A stretch of DNA of 63,516 nt, the filler included, from Globobulimina sp. (Eukaryota), in the NCBI GenBank assembly GCA_003354225.1. It is 28 parts of 28 records of this genome, joined end to end, with 100 filler letters (N's around TTAATTAATTAA, not from the genome) between each part and the next. Parts side by side here need not be neighbours in the genome. Positions count along the whole stretch, not along the records: positions 36,367 to 38,538 come from PIVH01008442.1; positions 38,639 to 40,810 come from PIVH01008443.1; positions 40,911 to 43,081 come from PIVH01008444.1; positions 43,182 to 45,352 come from PIVH01008445.1; positions 45,453 to 47,623 come from PIVH01008446.1; positions 47,724 to 49,894 come from PIVH01008447.1; 22 more parts are not named here. One strand, given 5' to 3'. The position numbers and the translations under genes were made by a program. Every line of letters begins with the position of its first letter. Position 1 is the stretch's first letter. This document shows positions 37,051 to 48,052 of this stretch, one piece after another. The notes beneath the pieces are model-generated. The model was not told the DNA's origin. It searched no databases and saw nothing but the letters and a program-made list of their open reading frames with translations.

Positions 37051-37117
37051 ATTTTTATAAATGCATAGGTTTCGTCGACGTTTTTCCATTCTTATCGTTA
37101 TATACTGCGACATCATG
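37026..37117 (+). promoter_or_regulatory. Putative Pol II core promoter: CCAAT - TATA - initiator - Kozak ATG
   Basis: Last ATTGG at 37026-37030, TATAAA 37056-37061, Inr-like CCATTC with A at 37088, ACATCATG start at 37115. Confidence 0.55.
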
Positions 37118-37645
37118 TCTGTATTTATACCAACCAAATTCGGTGTTTCTGTCGAACTGAAACCCCATCGTAAAGCCCATATCGTCGCCTCTCATTGCGA
37201 AAAACGTGTTGGAAAGTCGACTTTCGACAAGGGTGTAGACATCAGGTTCCTCATCGAAACTGCGGTGACAATGGGTCAAATCACTAAAACGACAAACAAA
37301 ACGATAAAAGTCGTTCTCCATCTACCATGGTGTATCGGTAGAAGCTTCGACGGTTACGAATGTCATTTCGTTTTTGTAATCATCGCATTCAAGCCCTTCG
37401 AAGTGCTCACCATCTACCCAGACAGCTGTGCAAGACCAGAATTTGGACTATGTGAACGACCCCATGGCAACGAAGAAAGACCTCCGTGGTCCTGTTTCTC
37501 ACATCATGTCAAAGCAACCCCAGTTAGAAAGAATCATACACTTCGAAAGTGTAAATGTGCCTGCAAACGTCATGCAGTGCAAATATCAACCAACTGCGGC
37601 AGAGACGAAATGGTTTGGTTCAAGGAAAAATTCATTGAAAAATGA
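37115..37645 (+). CDS. 176-aa protein resembling bacterial polymorphic-toxin RNase domains (EndoU-/BECR-like) with Cys/His-rich tail
   Basis: HIVASH...GKSTF...IRFLIETAV..G....IG....G.....FVII.....VLTIYP follows the HI..RH-GKSxF-IG-TxYP pattern of RHS/Cdi C-terminal nucleases. Confidence 0.55.
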   Translation: MSVFIPTKFGVSVELKPHRKAHIVASHCEKRVGKSTFDKGVDIRFLIETAVTMGQITKTTNKTIKVVLHLPWCIGRSFDGYECHFVFVIIAFKPFEVLTIYPDSCARPEFGLCERPHGNEERPPWSCFSHHVKATPVRKNHTLRKCKCACKRHAVQISTNCGRDEMVWFKEKFIEK

Positions 37646-37664
37646 AAACATCAAATTCAACAAA

Positions 37665-38521
37665 CTAACCCAAACGGCCCTCTTCAGGGCCACCCATATA
37701 TAAAAAAGCTAATTTTGCACAACTAAAATAACATACATCCTTTTATTTTAATTTAATTATTTTATTTATTTATTTTGATTTTCCAGCGCTTTTACAAGCA
37801 GATCATTGTTAACACATAGAAACCAATCAATCAGTTTAGTTTTGACTTTAGACAGTTAATTTACTAAAGAGCATAGAGACAAGATATTCCCTGGTGGTGT
37901 AGCATTTGTTGGTGAAATCATGGCTCAAAGGGGAAAACCAGCTGAAAGTGCTGAAAGATTGAGCATGAATGTTGTTAAGGGTTTGAATGTGATGTGTGAA
38001 AGCATTTTGGCAAAAGATTCGTATAGTAGCAAAACGTTAAATCGTCAATTAGCTATGGCTAATACCAAATTATGTGTCTTCTTGAGTGCCGGCACATTCG
38101 ACTGTAACATTCGAGTTGTAACACGTTTTTATATGAAGTTCGTGTGTCTATGTAAAGTTGTTAAAGTTCATTTTACAAAACATAAATGCAGCGTCGAAAA
38201 GACATGATCTAGAAAATCGTGGTACGGTAAAACTTATTTAAGATTGAATTATCCAGTTGATTTACGTTTTTTATTCACCAGTTTGGCAAGAAAAGTAAGA
38301 CTGATAACATTCATTTTTTAAATAGGTTTTCTGTGAATAAATGAATTGAATTTGGTGTTAATAATCAAAATGAAATGTCAGTACCCTTTTCATCTCAAAA
38401 AGTGTGAAAACCTAAAGTTAACGAATATGTAAAGAAAACAAACACCAGTACATAATATCAAGACAGGATTTTAAACTTTTTTTACCGAATTGGTGGCCCT
38501 GAAGAGGGCCGTTTGGGTTAG
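37665..38521. mobile_element. 857-bp non-autonomous DNA transposon with perfect 30-bp TIRs
   Basis: CTAACCCAAACGGCCCTCTTCAGGGCCACC at 37665-37694 and its exact reverse complement at 38492-38521; no transposase ORF inside. Confidence 0.88.
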
Positions 38522-38638
38522 GTTATTTATTTATTGTCNNNNNNNNNNNNNNNNNNNNNNNNNNNNNNNNNNNNNNNNNNNNTTAATTAATTAANNNNNN
38601 NNNNNNNNNNNNNNNNNNNNNNNNNNNNNNNNNNNNNN

Positions 38639-40723
38639 AAGAATTCAGAAGTTGCCCAATATCGTTTATTAAAAGGTGCTGTGAAGTCTTCATTTAACCA
38701 GATTGTGTCCAATGTTTGGTTATTCACATTTTTATAATTTGCGAAATTCCCTTCAGTTTATTATTAACATGTTCAGCTCGCTGCAGCGGCAGAGATGTTT
38801 GGTGCTGATGACACGGTAAAAGAAGCCAGCAAAATGGATACGAAATCCTTCTATGCGGAGGAAGCAATGGATTTAAATATGGATACAGCGAAAGAAAAAG
38901 AGGAGGAAGATATTTTAATGCAGGATGATGGTGAAGATTTGGAGGATTTTATAGTTGAGAATGATGAGAATGAGAAGAAAGAAGAGATTGGTAAAGAAAT
39001 GACGGACGATATACAGTCGCAATCGCATGAGATACGCGATGGTGACCATGGTATGATGTATCACAGAAAGAGTACGCATGAAACATTTATGAATGGTGCC
39101 ACCATGTATGATGAAGACGGACAGAGATATTTGTTAATGGGCAATATCGGCGCAGTAATAATCCGCAAACAGGATATGTCAACAAATCAAATGGAAATGA
39201 ACATTATGAATGCATTAAATAATGGCAAATATTGTTTAGAGATTGATTTCTTTGATAAATCGAGGTTTCAAAGAGCTGTGACGATGAAAACCGATCATCA
39301 TTTTGTCTGCGGTGATATGAATTGTTTTGGCTTATTATTAGGCTCAGTACCAAACAATGATGACATTCGTGAAAGTATTGTTCGCTACAAACCAATCTCC
39401 AGAAATAACGTGTACCGCAGTTTTTCTTCAGAAAAAGATTGTGAATGGAACCATGTCTTACCACCCGGTGAGATTTGTGTTTGTGTCGGCTTGACCTCAA
39501 AATATGCATTGATTGCTACCAATAAACGCTATCTACGAATACTATCCATTGGTGGCTTACAAGTCCATGACATTCTATCCTTACCCAAAAATGTGATAAA
39601 TATCGCAGGGAATACCGGCGTTGAGAATAATAATACTGTCACTATCACCTTTGATGATTATTCATTATGGATTTTAGATTTGGATTTGAATAAGAAACTA
39701 TATGATGGATATTGTGCAGTTACCGACAATGAGAGTGTCATAACGCGAATATTTATGGTCAAACACAAAGTAATTAGCATTGACTCGAATAATTGTGTCC
39801 GTTTGTTATGTGATAATAGATTTGGTTACAATTGGATCGTTATTTTGGATATCAACAATCATTTAACTAAACAGTGCAATAAATTGAAAACAATCGATAG
39901 TATGCGGCCGAAAGTGGTATGGCCAGTTTATTTTGATTACGATGAACAGTCCCTAATGGTGATGGAGTTGCAATTTCAAGATTATCCAATCCCGTCGCAA
40001 ACCAATACGTATATTTTAACAGATTACAAGCTGTCATTGCCGTTATTAAATATGAAGCAATATGATATGGCGGAGAATGAGAAGGAGAGTGATAATGTCG
40101 CCATGGATATGTTTGGAGATTTCGAAGAGAAGATTATGAAACAATGTATGTTGCGTGAGTTTAATGAGGAAAATGATAAACAACACAAGAAAAAATTGTT
40201 AAAAGAGTATATAACTTTATTTAACCATTCATGCAAAAGCAATAAACAAGTATTGGCGTACGACATTGCTTTACATTTTCTGCCGTCGGAAAAAGCATTG
40301 GCGAATGCTATCAAAATTGCGATGCATAATCAGTTACCATTATTGGCGGAACAATTAAGCAATTTGGCCAAACAGAAGATAAATATAAATGATAATAATC
40401 ATAGTTATAATGCGAATATAAATAGTAATGATGTGATTCATGTGAAGAAACCGATGCGTAGTTTAGGTAAATTAAAAAGGCCGACAGCTAAATTGAGCGG
40501 AAGCAATAGGAAAACACTTGAGAATAATAATAATATTAATAATAAGGCAACGTCGTCAATGCAAAGGACTCAATTAATTGGAAAGAAAAGACCAAATAAT
40601 CCGTGTCAAAATAGTCAATCGGTAGAACCACCAAAAAAAAGAAATCCATTTTCTTGTACTGATGGTAAAAGAGGATCAAGTAATTACAATGATAAACACA
40701 ATAACTCCATTTTCTCTGTGTGA
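38639..40723 (+). CDS. WDHD1: WDHD1/AND-1/Ctf4/Mcl1 replisome hub (SepB/Mcl1_mid domain), 5' truncated
   Basis: F..GAT..RYL....IG, LEIDFFD, W...LP.GE..VCV, IAT..RYLRILSIGGLQ, helical C-terminus, KRNPF; intron 38714-38776. Confidence 0.8.
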
Positions 40724-41193
40724 TATTTTTACTTTTTTTTTTTTGGGTAATATAATAAAATTTTATTGGTTGGAAATAAAAAATTGAACACGACTCAAGT
40801 CAGTCAATAANNNNNNNNNNNNNNNNNNNNNNNNNNNNNNNNNNNNNNNNNNNNTTAATTAATTAANNNNNNNNNNNNNNNNNNNNNNNNNNNNNNNNNN
40901 NNNNNNNNNNGTAGGAAAGTGATAAAAAAAAAAGAAAAAGTGTCGGATTGGATGTTGAGATTGCACTGGAAAGAGTAGTGACTGATGATGTTTCAGATAA
41001 TATATTGGATGGTGATCAGTTGTGATATGTACGGTGTTGTATATATGTGAATTTTTGTGCTCTTAAAAATCTTCTTTTTCCGCGTTATTCCACACAACAA
41101 AAAACATGCATAACATAAACGATACTATACAACACAAACCAACAAAAAAAAGTGTATGTTACATAAAAATACATAAATAATGTCTCTATAGAA

Positions 41194-43081
41194 TCAAAAC
41201 AACACCGTAGATGGTATCTTGTCCACTTTCTCAATAAACCCTTCTAACTTGCTATACTTTGCTAGCAACGCTTGAATCAATCCATTCTTTGCCGATTGCG
41301 ACTCTGTATACATGACACCCGATCTATTTATCAACTCATTCCACTCCGTATTCGCCCCCAACAGCCCTTCATACAATTCCCTCATTTTCGTATAATTATC
41401 GCCCTCCACAACGGCGCCCACATCCTCATTACTTTCCTCTTCCTTGTTCTCTTTCTCCTGTTTAATTCTATCAATCTCCTCCTTGGCCTTCCCCACATCA
41501 CTCAAAATCTCGCCATGTCGCCCATCCACTCTCCCTTTCAATTTCGCAAAATCTATCTCCTCCTTCACCTCCTCCGCATAATACACATCATTCACATCGC
41601 CCAAATCGCCCAAACGGCCTTGCAACTCCTTCAAAAAGCCGTCGCTCACCACACCCAGCAACAGATTGAGCCCTTCCGTGTTCCCAACCATACTCTTGGC
41701 CAAATTCAACACATATTTCCTCCACTCCTTGTTCGACCCTTCCACCTCCGCATTATCCCCGTCACCATCCACATCCTCCAAATTCTTGATCATCTGCGTC
41801 TGCCGCTCCTCAATCTCACCCAATAAGCCATCAATATCGCCATCCGGGCCACTCATTATCTCCTTCAATCGCTCCAAATCATTGCCGCGTTCATCCATTT
41901 CCTGCCGGACATACAATAACTGCGCCTCCAACGCGCCCGAATCGCCACCACCATCATCAGAGTCCATATCCTCATCCAGGTCATCCTTATCATCGTCACC
42001 GGCTCCCACACCGTCCGACTCTTCGTCCTCTCCATCAAAATCCTCATCTAACTCATTTTCCTCATCCGATTTGATCTCCTCCTCATCCTCCAACACCTCG
42101 TCATTCATCAAACCTAATTCGCCCGCAAATTCTGCCAAAAATGCCTCCATTTCGGCCTCTTGTTCAGCGGCCGATTTTGCGCCCTTTTTCTTCTTTTTTT
42201 TGCCTTTTCCTTTGCCGCCGTCATCCTCCTTACTTTCCTCATCGTCGCCACCCTTTTTCCCCTTCTTTTTCTTCTTCTTCTTGGTTTTTTTACCATCTTT
42301 ATCCACCTCATACTCCTCATCATCGCCGTCGTCGCCACCTTTTTTACCCTTTTTCTTCTTCTTTTTCTTAGTTTTCTTGCCGTCTTTGTCCACCTCATAC
42401 TCCTCATCGTCATCCTCGTCATCACCGCCATTTCCAGTGTCATTATCATCGCCATCCAACACAATGATCTCCACATTTTTTATCGTAGTCTCGCCGCCGC
42501 CTTTGGTCTTGACTCGGATGCGGTTTTTAAACTGGATCTTGTCGCGACCTTTGCGCGGCTTTTGATACTGTTTAATATACTTGACATCGTCCAAAAAGAC
42601 GTACTTTATGATAAATTTCTTGTTTTTCCACGCGGCGCGCTGTTTATTGACCCATTTGTCTTGGTTGTGTTTGAAGATTTTGATGCTGCGCTTGTACCAT
42701 CTACGCCGTTTGTTGAGCTCCTTCATGATTTTGCGTAATCTTTTGCGCAATTCGCGATTTTCGCGAATTAATTGTCGTAGCCGTTTGTCGTCGCCTTTGC
42801 CGCGTTTACGGCCGCGCAAATTCTTCAATTTCATGCGTAACACTTTATTTTCAATCTGCAATTGGTCTAATTTTTTTTTGTAATCGCGCGCTTTTTTTGA
42901 TTCGGCGTCGTGTTTTTTTTTCATTTGAAAGAATTGGTTTTGATATTTTTTGTTGGTTTGACTCTTTCTGCCTTGCGCCTTCATGTTGGCGGAGAGACTT
43001 TGTTTGGATGCGGCTTCTTTAGAGTCTGCAAATTTCTTTTTTGCGCGATCCAAAGCCTTCCATTCCTGCGAAATCTTCTTT
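41194..43081 (-). CDS. Large coiled-coil protein with polybasic and polyacidic blocks, 5' truncated
   Basis: More than 620 open codons; duplicated DDEEYEVDKDGKKTKKKKKKKGKKGGDD unit at about 42240-42420. Confidence 0.75.
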
Positions 43082-43181
43082 NNNNNNNNNNNNNNNNNNN
43101 NNNNNNNNNNNNNNNNNNNNNNNNNTTAATTAATTAANNNNNNNNNNNNNNNNNNNNNNNNNNNNNNNNNNNNNNNNNNNN

Positions 43182-45205
43182 ACAGTTTCTGGGGCGTTTC
43201 CTGTAGCAGCCGCAGACTCTGTTGACATTAACAGTGATTCCGCCTCAGACTCTAATTCCACGTCCATGTCCATGGACTCTGCCGATTCCAATTCCACCTC
43301 AACGGATGGCTCATATGACGACGATTCGTTCGGTAATGGCACATCGAGTGGCTCTGATAGTGATTCCACGTCCATTGATAGTGCTAGTTCTGATGAGCCC
43401 GTGGTAGTAATCACAACCACTGCATCTGCAACAACAGCAACCGCAGCAGCAACAACAACCGCAGCAGCAACAACAACCGCAGCAGCAACAACAACAGTTT
43501 CTGGGGCGTTTCCTGTAGCAGCCGCAGACTCTGTTGAAATTAATATTGATTCCGGATCCGTATCCGGATCCGGGTCAGATTCGAATTCTACGTCGATGGA
43601 CTCTGCTGATTCCAACTCGACCTCAATCAGTGCCTCGTATGATGATGATAATTCCACCTCGATTGAGTCAGGTACGATGCGTGTTTTTTTTTTTAATTTG
43701 TACTGTATATTCGGGCAATTGCAAAAAAACGTGTTAACGGTAATGTTTGTATGTATGTAGGAAGTACGAGTGCGAGTGCAGACAGTGGCAGCAGTGATGA
43801 CCTCTTCTTCGAGATCGTGATAACAACAGCAACTCCTGTGACAACCGCAACTCCTGTGACAACCGCAACTGCCGAAACAACTGCAACTCCTGAAACAACT
43901 CAATCTGATGTAATTGCAGCCGCCAGAGTAGCAGCGGCCAGAGTAGCAGCAGCCGCCTCAGTATCAGGCTCTGTCGATTCCGGTTGGATCGGATCAGATT
44001 CGAATTCTACATCGATGGACTCAGCCGATTCCAATTCCAATTCCAGCTCAATCAGTGCTTCATACGATGATGATAATTCCACCTCCGCCGATTCAGGTAT
44101 TTGTACTATATTTCGTGCATTGCTATTACCGTAGGACATATATTTTTGATGTTCTACTGTATACAAAAAAATAGTTTGCCAAAAAAAACGTTACCGTTAA
44201 ATTGTTTTTATAGGAAGTACGAGCGCCTCGGGCAGTTATTCCACCTCCGTTGACAGCAGTGATGACACCGTCGTGATCATAACAACAACAACTCCGGCAA
44301 CAACCACTCCTGCAACAACCGCAATTGCCGAAACAACAACAACTCTTATTGAAACAAGTACTGTCGCTCCTTCGACTGTAGTATTTGCAGCCGCCAGAGT
44401 AGCAGCAGCCGCTTCAGTATCAGGCTCTGTCGATTCCGGTTCAGGATCAGTATCAGGATCGATGGCATTATATGGCTCTGGCTCTGGCTCTAATTCTACC
44501 TCTATGGACTCTGCAGATAGTAATTCCACGTCGGCTGACTCGTATGATGACGACGATTCTTTCAGCAATTCCAGCTCGGCGGATTCGTATAGCAATTCCT
44601 CATCCATTGACAGTGCTAGCTCTGAAGCCATGTTTGCCGCAGCATCTGCAGACTCTGACATTGACTCCGCATCCGCAATGGCGTCTGCTTCCAATTCCAC
44701 GTCTATGGACTCTGCAGAAAGTAACTCCACATCCATTGATTCTGCAGATAGTAATTCCACATCGAGCGATGGCGACTCTACCTCAGGTACGAATACATGC
44801 TCTTTCTTTGCAGTGTAGCTGTGGCAAAACGTGATATTTTCTATAGGTGTAAGTGCGGACAGTGGCGTTTCCAGTGATTCTAGCGAGGAGATAATAATAA
44901 TTAGCACGGCAGCCGCAACCACGACCGCCGCCGCAACGACCGCTATGACCACAGAAGCCCCCGGATGGGAGCCAGCTGAGAACAACGATAATGTGGCGGA
45001 CGAGGATGATTTATTAGCAGCACTTGGGCTTGGCGATGATGCGCAAGGCACCACGCATATTGTTATAAATATGAGTGCGTCTTCGATTATGTTTATGTGG
45101 TTATTGGCTGGTTTCTGTGTTTTCAACTGTGGATTGGCGTATTATTGCTTTAGAAAACAAAAGAAAAACAGAGTTTCATTTAAAGAAAGCATCTCTATGG
45201 TTTAA
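43182..45205 (+). CDS. Ser/Asp-rich and Thr/Ala-rich repetitive type-I membrane glycoprotein, 5' truncated
   Basis: Repeated DSNSTSMDSADSNSTS blocks alternating with TTAAA stalks; phase-1 introns 43672-43760, 44097-44213, 44787-44846; C-terminal TM helix + RKQKK. Confidence 0.85.
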
Positions 45206-45789
45206 CAAAAATAGTATAACTAAGTATTATTCGTATAATGTATTATTAGGTTTTACTTTTTTGTTTTTTTTGTTTTTTCATTATGAACCCATTTGCAATT
45301 ATTTTGTGTTATTTAACACTTAAAAATGCCAAATTCAACTTTATTTATCCAANNNNNNNNNNNNNNNNNNNNNNNNNNNNNNNNNNNNNNNNNNNNTTAA
45401 TTAATTAANNNNNNNNNNNNNNNNNNNNNNNNNNNNNNNNNNNNNNNNNNNNAAAGCTGAAGGAACTAAATGTTAAAACAGCCATCGATACTTGTGGTCA
45501 GTGTTCAACAGCGGCCCTTGAAAAACTGTTGCCATATGCTTCAATATAACAATATTGAGAACAGAAAAAAATGATATTCAATATGATAAAAGTATTGAAT
45601 AACCAAAATGACACAGAAAAAAGATACCATCCAAATGAAAACATACATACTATCCTCAATATATCAATAATGAAGCAGGAATACAACAATATCGATTCAA
45701 ATGTGCCATGATTACAAAACAATAGTAACATTATTTAATCAAAAACATTATTTAACCATGTCCAACTGCTAAGACCACACATCACCAAC

Positions 45790-47450
45790 ATGTACGCTCT
45801 TAAGAGGCTGCGACTAAACTCCTTATGTCGACGCTGTAACAACCAGCTAATTTACAGATATCCGCATAGCACTTTTTGCACTCAAACCGAGGATGATGAA
45901 TTGGATGAAGATGACAAGTTAAACTCTATCGAATTTTATAGAAATTTCATCCACCAAAGCCATTAAATTAAGAGTCGATGCTTATAATATGACACCCAAT
46001 GAAATCATCACAGAATTAGATAGATTTGTAATTGGCCAATCCGACGCTAAAAAAGCAGTGGCAGTGTCATGGAGGGCCCGTTGGAGACGCCGCCAATTAG
46101 CGGAAGATTATCGGCGCGAAGTGACCCCTAAAAACATATTAATGATTGGGCCCACCGGCTGTGGCAAGACCGAAGTTGCGCGGCGATTGGCGAGGTTGAG
46201 CTATTCGCCATTCGTAAAAGTGGAAGCCACCAAATTCACCGAGGTTGGCTATGTCGGAAAAGACGTAAATACCATCATAGAGGACTTAGTGGCTCACGCG
46301 GCCACTTTAGTGAAGAAACGGAAACAATACGAACTACGCAAGGAAATCCGCAACAATGTGAATGAGATATTGATCAATTCCTTGATGGGCAAATTGAACA
46401 ATGCGTCGGAATTAAAGTATTGGAAACAGAAACTACGCGATGGCACATTGGACGAAATGAATGTGGAAATCGATGTGATTCGGGAACACGATTTATCGTC
46501 ATTTTTAAGAGGGGGATTGAGGACCAATCCGTATTTAGTATTTGCATCGTCTGGCGATGCACAGTCTAGTTTGCAACAAAAAACAGGTTTTGCCTTTTTA
46601 CTCAGTTTGCAGTAAAACGTTTTTGAGTGCTGTACTTTGACCATGTCTGCCATTTATAACAATGTCAAAGTACGCACTCAAAAACTTTCTTAGTGAGACA
46701 TGACGAAAATGTACGCGTAAATACTTAGAAAAGAAGCAGTATCCAATAAGACGCGCGAAAGAGATCTTAATTGAGCAAGAATTGCGTAAATATTTAAGTG
46801 ATGCAGATTTAGCAAATCAAGCCGTAGAACTAGCCGAGAATGATGGCATTGTGTTCATTGACGAGATTGATAAAATTTGTGGTTCGTCGCGTAATTACGG
46901 TGGTGGAGAGCGACGCGTATCGCAGGAAGGCGTACAAAGAGATTTATTGCCATTAATTGAAGGAACATCGGTGACGGTGCAGAATTATGGTAAAATCAAT
47001 ACGGATCACATATTGTTTATCTGTGCGGGCGCATTCCACGACAGTAAGCCGCATGATTTGATGCCGGAATTTCAAGGGAGATTGCCGGTGAGAGTCGAAT
47101 TAAAGCCATTGACAAAGGACGATATGTGTAAAATATTGTCGTGTACGCAATATAATTTAGTTGGGCAACAAATTGAAATGTTGAAAACTGAAAATTGTGA
47201 GTTGATAGTTACGGAGGATGCGGTGGATGAAATTGCGGAAACTGCGGTTTTATGCAATGAAAATGTTGAAAATATTGGGGCGCGAAGGTTAGTGACGGTG
47301 ATTGAGAAAATAATGCAAGATATTAATGTGGAAGCGTCTGATATCAAAAAAGAAAATAAACATAAAACATATACGATTGATCGGCAATTTGTGATTGACA
47401 ATGTTGGACAAATTGGCAAAGGCGAAGATTTTGAGAAGTTTATTCTTTGA
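45790..47450 (+). CDS. hslU: Mitochondrial HslU (ClpY) AAA+ ATPase of the HslUV protease
   Basis: Presequence; [26 protein letters not shown] pore loop, [25 protein letters not shown], terminal KFIL. Introns 45918-45972 and 46587-46728. Confidence 0.95.
46619..46685. repeat. 22-bp inverted repeat (one bulge) inside hslU intron 2
   Basis: GTTTTTGAGTGC(T)GTACTTTGAC ... GTCAAAGTACGCACTCAAAAAC. Confidence 0.85.
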
Positions 47451-47770
47451 TCTTGCAATAACCACTCTGCACTTGACAGGTTCATCACTGCTTTCATAGT
47501 CCATGTCCATTAATTTTCAAGTCTGGAGGTTTTGTTGATGCGTTTCCAAGCGAAGCTGTCTCAGTGTTTAAAGTTACAGCTTCACAGAGTGCGAAGGTAT
47601 TTGGTGTTTAATATCTTTTCGGTNNNNNNNNNNNNNNNNNNNNNNNNNNNNNNNNNNNNNNNNNNNNTTAATTAATTAANNNNNNNNNNNNNNNNNNNNN
47701 NNNNNNNNNNNNNNNNNNNNNNNCAATCTTGATGAAGCTGGTTCAAATTCGAGCATGATTGCGAAGTAGT

Positions 47771-47950
47771 CGAATATTTGATGTGTTGTCATTGAATATC
47801 GTGGATGTGGCTAAGTCGTTTGGTTTATCTGCGCCGCCAAAAATGTCAATTCAAATTAGGAAAAATAGAAAATATAAAACTGTTACCATGAGATTAAAAA
47901 CAAATCGATGGGCAAATAAACAAGAAAATTATGATTTAGTTGTTGATTGA
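47771..47950 (+). CDS. Last exon of a HAS1/DBP4/DBP7-type DEAD-box helicase (DUF4217 extension)
   Basis: IFDV.SL....VAKSFGLSAPPK motif. Confidence 0.55.
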   Translation, partial: RIFDVLSLNIVDVAKSFGLSAPPKMSIQIRKNRKYKTVTMRLKTNRWANKQENYDLVVD

Positions 47951-48052
47951 AAAAAAAATGTATTTTAAATCAATTTGAATTATTCTTGATTAATTAATCA
48001 ATCTCACAGATAGCCATAAAAAACTTGCCTTTGGAATACAAAAATAATAATT

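Noticed and set aside
37920-38207. 95-aa ORF inside the TIR element as a transposase
   Set aside because: Too short, and no DDE or HTH motif recognised.
41272-42883. Long plus-strand ORFs (Ser/Phe/Pro-rich)
   Set aside because: Antisense shadows of the low-complexity K/D/E-rich minus-strand gene.
43130-45126. Minus-strand ORFs rich in VELESAES
   Set aside because: Antisense shadows; splice sites and the TM anchor support the plus strand.
45989-47450. hslU as bacterial contamination or a frameshifted pseudogene
   Set aside because: Frame-consistent GT-AG introns and a presequence show it is a eukaryotic nuclear gene.
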